A stretch of 64,000 nucleotides of DNA from Gemmatimonadota bacterium. Its GTDB lineage: Bacteria; Gemmatimonadota; Gemmatimonadetes; Gemmatimonadales; GWC2-71-9. Positions 10,224 through 20,097 of this stretch are shown here, piece by piece (the stretch's first letter is position 1; every line of letters begins with the position of its first letter). A program made the translations under genes and the position numbers. Where the stretch lies: contig JBDHKN010000001.1 in the NCBI GenBank assembly GCA_039586365.1, positions 92,964 through 156,963 on the forward strand, in the 5' to 3' direction. Under the pieces are notes generated by a model. It had not been told where the DNA came from. It saw only the letters and a list, made by a program, of their open reading frames with translations, and made no database searches.

Positions 10224-10667
10224 ATGACCGTGTCTTCTGTCTTCTCTCCGCTTGTCCGTGCGGTAATCGACTCTTTTACAGAGGGAGTGATCGTCTTCGA
10301 TCACCAGGGCGCCATCGTCTACGCAAACTGTCATGCCGAGGCGGCACTGAGGACGTTGGACGGCGAGGCCGGGCGAGAGGAGAAGGTGCTGTGGCCGCAG
10401 TTAGCACGGTTGGGGGCCCGGATCGCACCGCTCAAAGTGGGTGAACTGCAGGTGGGGGAGGCGATATTCATACCGGCGAGCGAAACGAGGGCCAGCACTC
10501 TGGCGGACAGAGAGCGAAGCGCAATCTTGGAGACTCTGGAGCAGACGGGGTGGAGGTTGGCTGAGAGCGCGCGCAGGCTGGGCATCTCGAGGACAACACT
10601 GTGGCGCCGCCTCAAAGAGTACGGTCTGCAGCAGGACGGTGGCGGCGGATGGTCGCAGGTGTTCTAA
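10224..10667 (+). CDS. PAS-like plus Fis-type HTH small regulator
   Basis: EGVIVFDHQGAIVYAN PAS-like start; ESARRLGISRTTLWRRLKEYG HTH_8; start chosen at the ATG after GGGAG. Confidence 0.8.
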   Translation: MTVSSVFSPLVRAVIDSFTEGVIVFDHQGAIVYANCHAEAALRTLDGEAGREEKVLWPQLARLGARIAPLKVGELQVGEAIFIPASETRASTLADRERSAILETLEQTGWRLAESARRLGISRTTLWRRLKEYGLQQDGGGGWSQVF

Positions 10668-12627
10668 CAGGTCTTCTCCTTATCACATCTCCCCAACAGG
10701 GAGACTCCTCCACTTTTAGAGACGGCGCAACGGCCGAACTGTACGCCAGGGCGCGGGTGCGGCACGTGAGACAGAACTCTCTGGTGCGTGATTACAGGGC
10801 CACTGTGCGGACACGGATGGACGTTACTGCGGGCCGCAGTCGCTTCTCACGTCAGACAGCCCTTCTCGTACATGAGACGGTAGCGCTCGTCACCTGGCGT
10901 GCTCCCAACGATCTCAAAGTGGAAGCGCTGGGGGCCCGGTCCGCGGCCCCGGTATTCGGCATTGTCGCGGACATGGGCGCGGGAGCTGACCGGGAGCTGA
11001 GGGAGGATTTCCGGCAGGAAGTTCTACTCGACCGACCATGGTTCATTCCGCGAGCGTTCGGTGACAGTATCACGCTCATGGGCGTGCCCGAACACGCCGC
11101 GGTGCATCCATTAGCTTCAGGCGCATCGGAGTTCTACCGGTACGCGATCGTCGACTCCCTCACGCTTGTCGTTCCGGGCCGGACAGTCAGGGCTATCAGG
11201 ATGGACGTTCGGCCCAAGTCACCTGGAGCTTCGCTGGTTGCTGGCGAGATGTGGATCGATGGCGAATCGGCGGATGTGGTTCGCTTGGTGGTTGTCTTTA
11301 TAGGGGAGCGGCTCTGGTCGGCTGAAAGGGGAGACTTGCCGCGCGACAGTGCGGTGGCCAGCAGAGACAACCAATGGGCGAATCGCTTCATTGACGTAGA
11401 AGCCGAAGTCGAGTACGCCCTGATCGAAGGCAGATATTGGCTGCCACACCGGCAGTTGCTCGCCATCACTGTTGACATTCCCTGGTTCATCAATGCCTCG
11501 CTGCCGGCCCGCGCCGTGTCGACCTTCATTCGCTGCTGGCATACCCGTGGGACCGAGAGTTCGACGTCTCAAAGGACGAGGAAGAGCACAAGAGATTGCG
11601 AGAGTCTCTGGTTTCGTTGGCCAACATCTCCGAAGCACTGCCTCCTGAGTGGATCGGACGACGGTCCTTCCATCTCGCATGGGAAGACTTTGCGGACGTG
11701 GCTCAGTACAATCGAGTTCAGGGAGGGTCAGCTGGAGTGGGTGTACAGCTTCGTCCGGGACCGGTGTTCACCAGTGTGCTGGCCATGGGTCGATTCGCTT
11801 TTGGCGACTTGAGACCCACTGCATCGGTAGTGTGGCGACGGGACAGTCCTGGTGGGCGTCTCGATTTGGCCGCATACGCTGACGTCAAGGAGGTGGAGCC
11901 GTGGACACGGGGCCTGGGTATGGGGAACTCGCTGAACGCAATGTTCGCAGGTCACGATGACGCAGACTACTATCTGGTTTTGGGGGGTGGCTTCACCTAT
12001 CGGTGGTACCGTGGTCCCTTAACCGATGTCGAGTTCGGAGCCTACATAGAGCGCCATGAATCCAAGACAACCGAAGTTCGGCCGCTCGTACCCGGTCTGT
12101 TTTCCGAGGCTACTTTCAGACCAAATCCGCCAGTGGTGGAAGGGGGCTTTGCGCGCGTCAGCGTGAGGCACGTGGGGCCTGTGGGTTTCATGGAAGTGCG
12201 CCAGGGAGCGGATCTCGTCGCGGGCGGGGATAGCTTGGGAGCACGGCTTTGGGCATCAGCGTCGACTCGGTTCAGAGTGCTTGGGCGAGGTAGCGCCTTC
12301 ACAGTCCGCGCAGGGATCGTGCGAGGCGATGAGTTGCCGCAGCTCAACTTCAGTGTAGGTGGTCAGCAGACAGTGAGAGGGTATGAGTATGGTCGCCGCC
12401 GGGGTCGCGAGTTCTGGTCTGCCCAGCTTGACTACGCGCTCCGGAATTCCATAGGGTTCACACCGGTGTTGTTTGTAGATGTGGGCGATACGTTCGATTC
12501 GAATCCACTCCTCAGTACGGGTGTGGGAATATCGCTGCTCAACGGGCTGTTTCGATTCGATTTGTCAAAGGGATTGCGGCCGTCCAGTGACGTTAGGTTC
12601 GACCTTGTGGTAGGCTCGCTGCGCTGA
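10649..12627 (+). pseudogene. Outer membrane beta-barrel protein (BamA/TamA-like C-terminus), frameshifted near 11525
   Basis: Signal peptide from ATG 10649. Protein-like sequence switches frame at ...AVSTF / HSLLAYPWDREF. C-terminal part has VGGQQTVRGYEY and barrel-like strands. Confidence 0.6.
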
Positions 12628-12726
12628 GCAATTCAGCAGCTTCACGCGATCGACTCGGCGCTTCTCAGTGGTGCTTCAGTAGTTCGCTCTTTCGCATATC
12701 CTGACTGCTGTCTAGCTTCCGCGACC

Positions 12727-13197
12727 ATGGTACGTGGGCCGTTCACAATCGATGAGTACGTCCGCTGGTCGGACGTAGACCGCGCAGGGATTATCTTCTA
12801 CGGTGCGTACGTTCGTTTTTTCGAGATCGCCGAGATGGAGCTCTTGCGCGAGGCTGGCGGTTCCTATAGTGAGGTGCTCGACAAGTTCGACATAGACCTG
12901 CCGCGAGTTCATTTGCGTTGTGACTTCAAATACCCCGCCCGCCTCGATGATCAGCTCAGAGTGGCAGCCTACTTCACACGATTCGGCACAACGTCGCTGG
13001 GAATCAACTTTGACGTTATACATCTCGGAACTGGTAAGTTCGCAGCCTTGGGCCACGAAATCTTAGTCTGTACTGATCGGAACGTGACGCAATCGCGACC
13101 GGTGCCAGCAGACCTCCTGGAACTCCTCATGCCCTATCAGTGCGACGAAGCCGAGGTTCGAGCATTGCTATCCGGGATGGCTGGCGAGATACGATGA
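12727..13197 (+). CDS. Acyl-CoA thioesterase, YbgC/4HBT family
   Basis: VRWSDVDRAGIIFYGAYVRFFE hotdog motif. Confidence 0.88.
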   Translation: MVRGPFTIDEYVRWSDVDRAGIIFYGAYVRFFEIAEMELLREAGGSYSEVLDKFDIDLPRVHLRCDFKYPARLDDQLRVAAYFTRFGTTSLGINFDVIHLGTGKFAALGHEILVCTDRNVTQSRPVPADLLELLMPYQCDEAEVRALLSGMAGEIR

Positions 13198-13847
13198 AAC
13201 TAGTGATGCCCGTGCTTGCAGCTGCTCTGCTCTCTGCGTGCGGTGCAGAGACTGTGTCAGAGGACGAGGAAATAGTCATACCGGATAGAAGGAATCGTTT
13301 GACCGTGGAGCAACTGCCCGCGATGCCTGAATATCCTGTTGCGGAGCAAGGGCATCTGGTTGCGGTGAGTGCTGGTGATTTCACCATGGAGGGGAGCTGG
13401 CCGGCCCAGGTCGGCGTTTGTGAACCAGCCGGCCCGCTCGAACTGTATACGGACGACCTGCGCCGGGGCACGGCTGTTGTGCTCCATTTTGCGGAGCATC
13501 GAGTAGAGGGTACCTATGCAGTTCTCTCACCAGACTCTGCAGTCGGGCAAGAACGTGTGGCGCACATAGGTGTTCAGCTATATCGTGACCGTCAAGCGTT
13601 CGGATTTCGAGCGATCGACGGTCAGCTGGTGGTGTCTGATTTTGGCGATCACCTTAGTGGCCGTTTCGCCACTACGATCCGTGAAACGCAGAACGAGATT
13701 CTGACGAGATACGTCGGCGTCTTTACGAAGCTCCCGGTCGAGCGACTGACGGTTGATTATTGTCTTTCTCTTCGTGCTGACACCCTGGCTGTGCCAGGGA
13801 CCGCAGAGGACACTGCGGCTGCTGAACCTGACGGGGGGCGTCAGTAG
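13194..13847 (+). CDS. Hypothetical lipoprotein
   Basis: MKLVMPVLAAALLSAC lipobox; ATGA overlap with the upstream gene. Confidence 0.7.
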   Translation: MKLVMPVLAAALLSACGAETVSEDEEIVIPDRRNRLTVEQLPAMPEYPVAEQGHLVAVSAGDFTMEGSWPAQVGVCEPAGPLELYTDDLRRGTAVVLHFAEHRVEGTYAVLSPDSAVGQERVAHIGVQLYRDRQAFGFRAIDGQLVVSDFGDHLSGRFATTIRETQNEILTRYVGVFTKLPVERLTVDYCLSLRADTLAVPGTAEDTAAAEPDGGRQ

Positions 13848-13852
13848 ATAGG

Positions 13853-15049
13853 ATGGAGCAGACCTACTTTCGTAAGGGCTTTGGCCTGAGGGGAGAGATT
13901 GCTGGCTCCCTCTCCCATGACTATCACAGCGCGCTGGTCGACAGCATCCGCAATAGTGGCTATGCATTGACCGTCGGTGGATTGACGATTCGACTGGCCA
14001 AAGAGTTCGGATTCTGCTACGGTGTCGACCGGGCGGTAGAGTACGCATACGAGACGAGAACCAAGTTCCCGTCTAAAAGCATCTTCTTGATCGGCGAGAT
14101 CATACACAATCCGCACGTCAACAAACGTCTTGAGGCCATGGGGATTACGATCCTGCAGCCACAGGCGAATGGGCAGTTTGACTACTCTCCAGTTGCGCGC
14201 GACGATGTCGTGATCATCCCGGCGTTTGGCGTGCCACTCAGTGACTTCGAGTATCTACACAAGCTGGGTTGCCCTTTGGTCGATACGACCTGTGGCTCTG
14301 TCCTGAACGTGTGGAAGCGAGTGGAGCGATACGCGAAGGACGGTTTCACGGCCCTCGTGCACGGAAAGGAGTTTCACGAAGAGACAAAGGCCACGACTAG
14401 TCAGGTTGCGAAGTATTCGGATGGCAAGTACATCGTCGTGCGAGATATGAAGGAGACAGAAGTAGTCTGCAGCTTCATTGAGGGAAGTGGTGATGCTACT
14501 GAACTGGAGAGGCGCTTCCGTGGCAAGGTGTCAGACGGTTTCTGTTTCGATCGAGACCTAGTGAAGGTAGGGATCGCGAATCAGACAACAATGCTAGCGG
14601 CGGAATCGCTCGCGATCGCGGAGCGTGTGGGCCAGGCTCTTGGCAAGAAGTACGGTGCCGACATGCTTGATGAACACTTTCGGTCATTTGATACGATCTG
14701 CTCGGCAACGCAGGAACGCCAGGATGCAGTGCTCGAGTTGATAGAGGAGCCAATCGATGTGATGATCGTGATTGGTGGTTACAACTCGAGCAACACAAAT
14801 CACCTCGCCAAGATCTGTTCAGCCAAGCGACGCACGTACCATATCGCCGACGCGTCGTGTATCGATCCTGAGAGTGGGGCGATCCGGTACAAGCCCGTGC
14901 TCCAAGTCGACGAAGTACAGCAGGAGAACTGGATCGATGAATCGGTGCGAATGGTGGGAATCACGGCTGGCGCGTCGACCCCGAACAACAAGATTGGGGA
15001 GGCCATCGAGCGAGTGTTACGCACGAAGGGCTTAGTAATCCCGATCTAG
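13853..15049 (+). CDS. ispH: 4-hydroxy-3-methylbut-2-enyl diphosphate reductase
   Basis: FGFCYGVDRA, IIHNP, DTTC, DTICSATQERQ, SSNT and GASTP motifs. Confidence 0.96.
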   Translation: MEQTYFRKGFGLRGEIAGSLSHDYHSALVDSIRNSGYALTVGGLTIRLAKEFGFCYGVDRAVEYAYETRTKFPSKSIFLIGEIIHNPHVNKRLEAMGITILQPQANGQFDYSPVARDDVVIIPAFGVPLSDFEYLHKLGCPLVDTTCGSVLNVWKRVERYAKDGFTALVHGKEFHEETKATTSQVAKYSDGKYIVVRDMKETEVVCSFIEGSGDATELERRFRGKVSDGFCFDRDLVKVGIANQTTMLAAESLAIAERVGQALGKKYGADMLDEHFRSFDTICSATQERQDAVLELIEEPIDVMIVIGGYNSSNTNHLAKICSAKRRTYHIADASCIDPESGAIRYKPVLQVDEVQQENWIDESVRMVGITAGASTPNNKIGEAIERVLRTKGLVIPI

Positions 15050-18000
15050 CCCCAGTCCCTAGATCCAGGAGCTGAGCGACGAAGGCTTCTGAGGAACGAG
15101 TAAGGGGAGGGTGTTGTGGACGTGTCTGGAGTGGTTAGAGGTGCCAAGCGCGGATGTCGTAGTCGGAGAGGCCGCACCTCCTCCGCTATCACGTTCACCG
15201 TGCCATCGTCCTTCGCCAGTCTTCCTACAATCCATATGAACGGTTCTTCTCGGATAGTGACACGGCACTGGTCGTAGAGATCCGGGTGGACGATAGCGTT
15301 TATCATACCAGCTTCGTCCTCAAGTAGAATGAATGTGAAACCTTTTGCCGTGCCGGGTCTTTGTCGTGCCACCACGAGACCAGCGACGTGCACTGGGATA
15401 TTGTGTTCGCTATCTGCCAACTGATCACTGCGGACAACTTCAGATGGTAACGCATCGGCTAGGAGGCTGAACGGATGACCGCTCGCAGCAAACCCAAGAA
15501 CCTGGTACTCAGCCAAGAGTCGCTCTTCACTTGGTACATCACCAAATGGCAGATTCTCGTGAGGATGATCCAATGGCAGTTCTAACTGCCGCCTCACACG
15601 GTTCTTGTTAGCTCGATCAGCTTTTGGGGGTAGCCACAATCCCACTTGCCATAGTAGGTCACGTCGAGTGAGTCCAAACGAATCGCAGCCCCCAACCCAC
15701 ACCAGGTTTTCGATGGCATCCCGCAACAACCGGGGTGGGGCGCGACGTACAAAGTCACCGAGGCTGAGGTAGGGGCCATTACGTTCACGTTCTACAACGG
15801 TCGCGTCGGCAACATCGAGCCCCCAGTCGCGTATGAACGAAAAGCCGATGCGTATCGCATCTCCCTCGACTGTGCAATAGACACTGCTACAATTGATGTC
15901 GGGGAGCTTCACCTCTACATCATGGCGCGCCGCGTCTCGACCGAGGGCGTCGAGTGAGTAAAAACCCATTGGCTGATTGTTGAAGAGCGCGGTGTAGTAC
16001 TCGATGGGGTAGTAGTGACGTAGCCAAGCGGACTGATACGCAAGCAGACCGAACGCAGCTGCATGAGACTTGGGAAAACCGAATTCTGAGAAGGCTATTA
16101 CCTGCTCAAAGACTCGTTGCGCAATTGCTTCGCTCACACCTCTTGTGGCGGCACCATCACGGAACTCCTCCCAGAACCCTTCCATCAATTCACGAGAGCG
16201 TCGGCGGCTCATTGCGCGCCGTAGTGCTTCTCCCTGCCCGGCGCTAAACCCTGCCAGGGCTTGGCAAACTTGCAGCACTTGATCCTGATAGATAATCACT
16301 CCCAATGTCTCGGCCAGTGGCTCCTTGAGCAATGGATGATCTAACGGGGGCTCATAAGAAATGTTGCGAGAGCAGGCTGCGCGCTGTGCCTCGCGCCGGC
16401 GCACGAAGGGGTTCACTGCTCCACCGACTATCGGACCAGGGCGTACAATAGCGACTTCTACGCAAAGATCCTCCAGGTTGCGCGGTCGAGTGCGTCGGAT
16501 CATCTGTATCTGCGCGCGACTCTCTATCTGGAAGGTCCCTACTGTGTCGCCAGTGCAAATCTGATCGTATACAGCTTCGTCAGTGAAGTCGATCCGACTC
16601 AGGTCCGGTGGTGTACCCTCACGTTCAGCGATCAATTCAACGGACTCCTCAACCAGAGAGAGCATGCCCAGTGCCAGGAAATCGATCTTGATGAACCGTG
16701 CATCGTCACAGGAGTCCTTGTCCCATTGACACACGACCCGGTCAGGCATGGCAGAGCGTTCCAAGGGGACCAACTCGAGCAAAGGACGACTGGAGATGAT
16801 CATGCCGCCTACATGTTGTGAGATATGCCGTGGCAGGTCCGCGATTTCCGCTGCCAGACGACACAGATCCCGCCAAAGAGGAGCATCCACTCGGCCTGCA
16901 AAGGCAGGCAACTTCTGCAGCTCGTTGCGCAGTTCGGTTGCTGGGCTGTGTCCGACAAGTCGTGCAATCTGTTCGATTTCTCCGCGGGGTAGGTCGAGAA
17001 CCTTCCCGAGTTCACGCACAGCAGATCGAATGCGGTAAGTGGGAAAAGTACAAACCAAGCCAACGTGTTCGGATCCGTATCGCTGGTAAACACGTCGGAT
17101 CAATTCCTCCCGAATGTCGCGGGGGAAGTCCAAGTCGATGTCGGGTACAGATGCGAGCGATTCGTTGAGAAATCGGCCGAGGAAGAGCCTGTTGCTGATT
17201 GGATCGATGTGCGATAGCCCAAGGAAATAGCAGACTACGGATGAAACCGACGAGCCGCGTCCGCGGCCCGGTAGCAGATTGCCTCTAGCCCGTTGCGATC
17301 CACGTCGCACATCTGCTGCCACCTCGCGTGCCAGCTCCAGTAGATCGTGGTAGACGAGAAAGAAGCCACATAGTCCATGATGTTCGATGAGCTTTAGTTC
17401 CTGCTCCATTCTGCTCTCGGCCTCGGCGCGATGGGGCGACTCGGGAGAAAAGAGCTCTTCGAGTTTGGTTCGTGACAAGTCGGCTAGTGCCCGAGCGGCA
17501 GTCTGCTGGGTGGAACCGCGAAAGTCAGGGAAAGTGTACCCAAGGTCCTTGGTTAGATCGAAAGAAGCACAGCGTTGTGCAATCACGAGGGTATTGGCGA
17601 TAGCGTCAGGTCGGTCATGGAATGCTGCCGCTACAGCTGTAGGTGTCCGAAGATAAAACTGGCAGTTAGGACGGCGGATATCGTGTGAGGTGTCGAGTGT
17701 CGTACGATTACGGATTGCTATCAAGGCATCGTGTAAGCGGTATCGCTCGCGGCGGTGGTAGTGAACGTTACCTGTCGCGACCACGTGCAGTCCGGCAGTG
17801 TCAGCGATATTGGACAAGGTGCGGGTGAGCGTCTGGTCGCCTCGTACAAGATTGCGCTGCAGCTCGACAAAGAAACTGTCTCGTCCAAATACCGCGCGAC
17901 AACGGTCCGCAAGCTGACAAGCAGCCTTGAGACCTTCTTGCTGAAGTACGCGAGGGATAATGCCGTTGCGGCAACCTGATAGTATGATTAGGCCCGCATG

Positions 18001-18348
18001 CCGTTGTTCCAGTGAAGTGAAACTGAGGCGCGGATCACGGCGATCTGCTGTCTCCAAGTGTGCTTCGGTGATAAGGCGACAGAGGTTCGCGTATCCTTGC
18101 GGCGTTTCTGCTAAGAGAGTGATGTGTGAGCCGTCGCGTAGAGTGATTTCAGCGCCAGTGATCGGCTGGATATCCATCTGCTTGGCTGCCTGTGCGAAAA
18201 TCATCGAGCCATACACACCGTTATGGTCTGTGAGTGCGAGGGCGGGATAGCCAAGCGCATGAGCTTCTAGGACGAGGTGCTCGGGAAGCGAGCTGCCATC
18301 TAAGAAGGAGAAGGCAGAATGGGAATGAAGTTCGATGTATTGGCTCAC
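15046..18348 (-). CDS. dnaE2: Error-prone DNA polymerase DnaE2 (ImuC)
   Basis: PHP motif ELHSHSAFSFLDG, GRGS, catalytic PDIDLDF, FGFPKSHAA, RQRPGTAKG OB fold and SRDWG tail; start reassigned to the GTG overlapping the upstream TGA. Confidence 0.93.
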   Translation of the reverse strand: MSQYIELHSHSAFSFLDGSSLPEHLVLEAHALGYPALALTDHNGVYGSMIFAQAAKQMDIQPITGAEITLRDGSHITLLAETPQGYANLCRLITEAHLETADRRDPRLSFTSLEQRHAGLIILSGCRNGIIPRVLQQEGLKAACQLADRCRAVFGRDSFFVELQRNLVRGDQTLTRTLSNIADTAGLHVVATGNVHYHRRERYRLHDALIAIRNRTTLDTSHDIRRPNCQFYLRTPTAVAAAFHDRPDAIANTLVIAQRCASFDLTKDLGYTFPDFRGSTQQTAARALADLSRTKLEELFSPESPHRAEAESRMEQELKLIEHHGLCGFFLVYHDLLELAREVAADVRRGSQRARGNLLPGRGRGSSVSSVVCYFLGLSHIDPISNRLFLGRFLNESLASVPDIDLDFPRDIREELIRRVYQRYGSEHVGLVCTFPTYRIRSAVRELGKVLDLPRGEIEQIARLVGHSPATELRNELQKLPAFAGRVDAPLWRDLCRLAAEIADLPRHISQHVGGMIISSRPLLELVPLERSAMPDRVVCQWDKDSCDDARFIKIDFLALGMLSLVEESVELIAEREGTPPDLSRIDFTDEAVYDQICTGDTVGTFQIESRAQIQMIRRTRPRNLEDLCVEVAIVRPGPIVGGAVNPFVRRREAQRAACSRNISYEPPLDHPLLKEPLAETLGVIIYQDQVLQVCQALAGFSAGQGEALRRAMSRRRSRELMEGFWEEFRDGAATRGVSEAIAQRVFEQVIAFSEFGFPKSHAAAFGLLAYQSAWLRHYYPIEYYTALFNNQPMGFYSLDALGRDAARHDVEVKLPDINCSSVYCTVEGDAIRIGFSFIRDWGLDVADATVVERERNGPYLSLGDFVRRAPPRLLRDAIENLVWVGGCDSFGLTRRDLLWQVGLWLPPKADRANKNRVRRQLELPLDHPHENLPFGDVPSEERLLAEYQVLGFAASGHPFSLLADALPSEVVRSDQLADSEHNIPVHVAGLVVARQRPGTAKGFTFILLEDEAGMINAIVHPDLYDQCRVTIREEPFIWIVGRLAKDDGTVNVIAEEVRPLRLRHPRLAPLTTPDTSTTPSPYSFLRSLRRSAPGSRDWG

Positions 18349-18680
18349 GGCTTTTGTATATACCAGTCGCCAGTCATCAAATCTTCGTATAGAACCACAT
18401 GCATTCCTCCATCCAAAACCACTTCTGCATACCATCGTGAGATCGGTTGCCGCCACCACTCGTCGTCGACTCTCCAAATCTCCAATATGGACTCCACTGC
18501 TCTTCCTACTTCTTGTCTGTATCCTTTCTCTCGCTGTTCCACTGTTCCACTGTTCGGTTGCTGTATGGCGAACACTGCCGTCGGATGTCCCTGACTGTTC
18601 AGTTCGACCTTTGCTGGCTGCGGAAGGTTCAAAGGCCGCAGACGGTCAGCCGGTCCAGGTTTTGGAGGTTTAGGGGTCAT
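18345..18680 (-). CDS. Small ImuB C-terminal-like (DUF6504-like) protein
   Basis: LRPLNLPQP and WRVDDEWW...RWYAEV...LYED...W pattern; lies between imuB and dnaE2 with overlapping start/stop codons. Confidence 0.75.
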   Translation of the reverse strand: MTPKPPKPGPADRLRPLNLPQPAKVELNSQGHPTAVFAIQQPNSGTVEQREKGYRQEVGRAVESILEIWRVDDEWWRQPISRWYAEVVLDGGMHVVLYEDLMTGDWYIQKP

Positions 18681-20097
18681 AATCAATCAACGCATATCGT
18701 CGCTCGGGAAGGCGTGACTGCGGGTGTACTTTGACAACTTGGTAGAGTGAGGAATGTCTGAACCTGTTCTTTATCTCACGAACCGCTGCACGAAGCGCCC
18801 GTCTGCGTCCCGCACGTGCAGAGCTAGCAGCATCGCGCGCAAAGAGCTGCAATTCGTCGGTTCCACGAACGAAGGCTGTGAATTCCACTGCAAGAGTTTC
18901 CACGGCAGTAGTTGGGGGTGCCTGCTCTAAACGCGTTTTGAGCGGTGCGGCTATGTGATTTCGATCGGCAGAAGGACACTTCAGATTGACATGTACCTTC
19001 CACGAAGTGGCGTGTTCTTGCCGCGCGTGCACGCCTACCTGAAGTACGCGCCAGCCGGTACGCTTTGGGTGGCGCAGTGCACGTTCGATTAGCCGGTCCA
19101 GGGCATGCAGGAGCATTGCTCGATCCGTGACCGGTGTGGGAAAATCGATCTCTGCTACTATGGGTTCTAGTGTCTCGTGGCCTACGACTGGGTCAGCTAT
19201 TTCACCACTCGCCAGCAACCAGAGGTGATGGCCCTCTCTCCCGAATTGAGAGATGAGGGCGACAGCAGGCAACCGGACCAAAGCTCCGAGTGTTGTGATG
19301 CCGAGTTGTCGTAACCGTCTACACGTATCCGGGTCGATGGGTAGAACCTCGACCGGCTGTGACGCCAGGAAACCAGCCCGTTCTGTGTCAGGGACAATGG
19401 TTGCCTCTCCTTGCTTAGCTTTGGTTGCGGCCACCCCGGCGACGAACTTCCCCCGGGCCCAACCCAGGCGGATCCCCTCCCAACGCGACCACACAGGACG
19501 GTCAGTGGTGGAAAATGACGGCAAGGAGTGATAAGGGCACCTATTGCCAGCTACCGTCATGTGACCGCCCTTTACCGCCCTTGCTATGGCATTAACCTGC
19601 TCCTGAGGTGACCCGTTTAGCCCCTCGAGACCATCCACCCCGATGAACACCCGTCCCAACTCCGCCGGCTCGATTACAGGGCTCACATCACCGAGTGCCA
19701 AGATCAGGTTGGAAAACTGCTCGTCGTAATAAACGGGATCGGGTTCGCGGAGTTTGATTTGAGGGCAAAGCCCTACTGCTTGGCTCACGGTCATGCCGGG
19801 CCTAATGCCAGCGCGACGGGCTTGGGGTGAGGTCTCCCATATCCGGCGGGCGTCATCGTTGGAAAGAAGAGCTACCGCCTGGCCATACAGTTCCGGCTGG
19901 CGCTGTACCTCACAGCGGATAGCGAACAGGGGGATCCAGAGGCAGACCGCGTGTTCACTGGACAACCCTGCCGTGCCAACCTTGCCACTGTCCCTCCCCA
20001 GGTGGGGGGGGATAGCAGGCGGGAAGGGACGGTAGGTGATGGGTGGTCCCTTGCCGTCTCTTGCCGTCCTCTTACCCACCATTACCGTCTCGTTCAC
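18670..20097 (-). CDS. imuB: Catalytically inactive Y-family polymerase-like protein (ImuB/ImuY)
   Basis: ARRAGIRPGMTVSQA, LRQLGITTLG HhH and SRLPERR motifs; catalytic carboxylates absent (CLWIP, ELGRVF); ELQLF clamp-type motif. Confidence 0.85.
   Translation of the reverse strand: MNETVMVGKRTARDGKGPPITYRPFPPAIPPHLGRDSGKVGTAGLSSEHAVCLWIPLFAIRCEVQRQPELYGQAVALLSNDDARRIWETSPQARRAGIRPGMTVSQAVGLCPQIKLREPDPVYYDEQFSNLILALGDVSPVIEPAELGRVFIGVDGLEGLNGSPQEQVNAIARAVKGGHMTVAGNRCPYHSLPSFSTTDRPVWSRWEGIRLGWARGKFVAGVAATKAKQGEATIVPDTERAGFLASQPVEVLPIDPDTCRRLRQLGITTLGALVRLPAVALISQFGREGHHLWLLASGEIADPVVGHETLEPIVAEIDFPTPVTDRAMLLHALDRLIERALRHPKRTGWRVLQVGVHARQEHATSWKVHVNLKCPSADRNHIAAPLKTRLEQAPPTTAVETLAVEFTAFVRGTDELQLFARDAASSARAGRRRALRAAVREIKNRFRHSSLYQVVKVHPQSRLPERRYALIDYDP

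Noticed and set aside
18349-18477. N-terminal extension of DnaE2 given by the ORF track
   Set aside because: Overlaps the ImuB-C-like gene; the PHP domain starts right after the GTG at 18348
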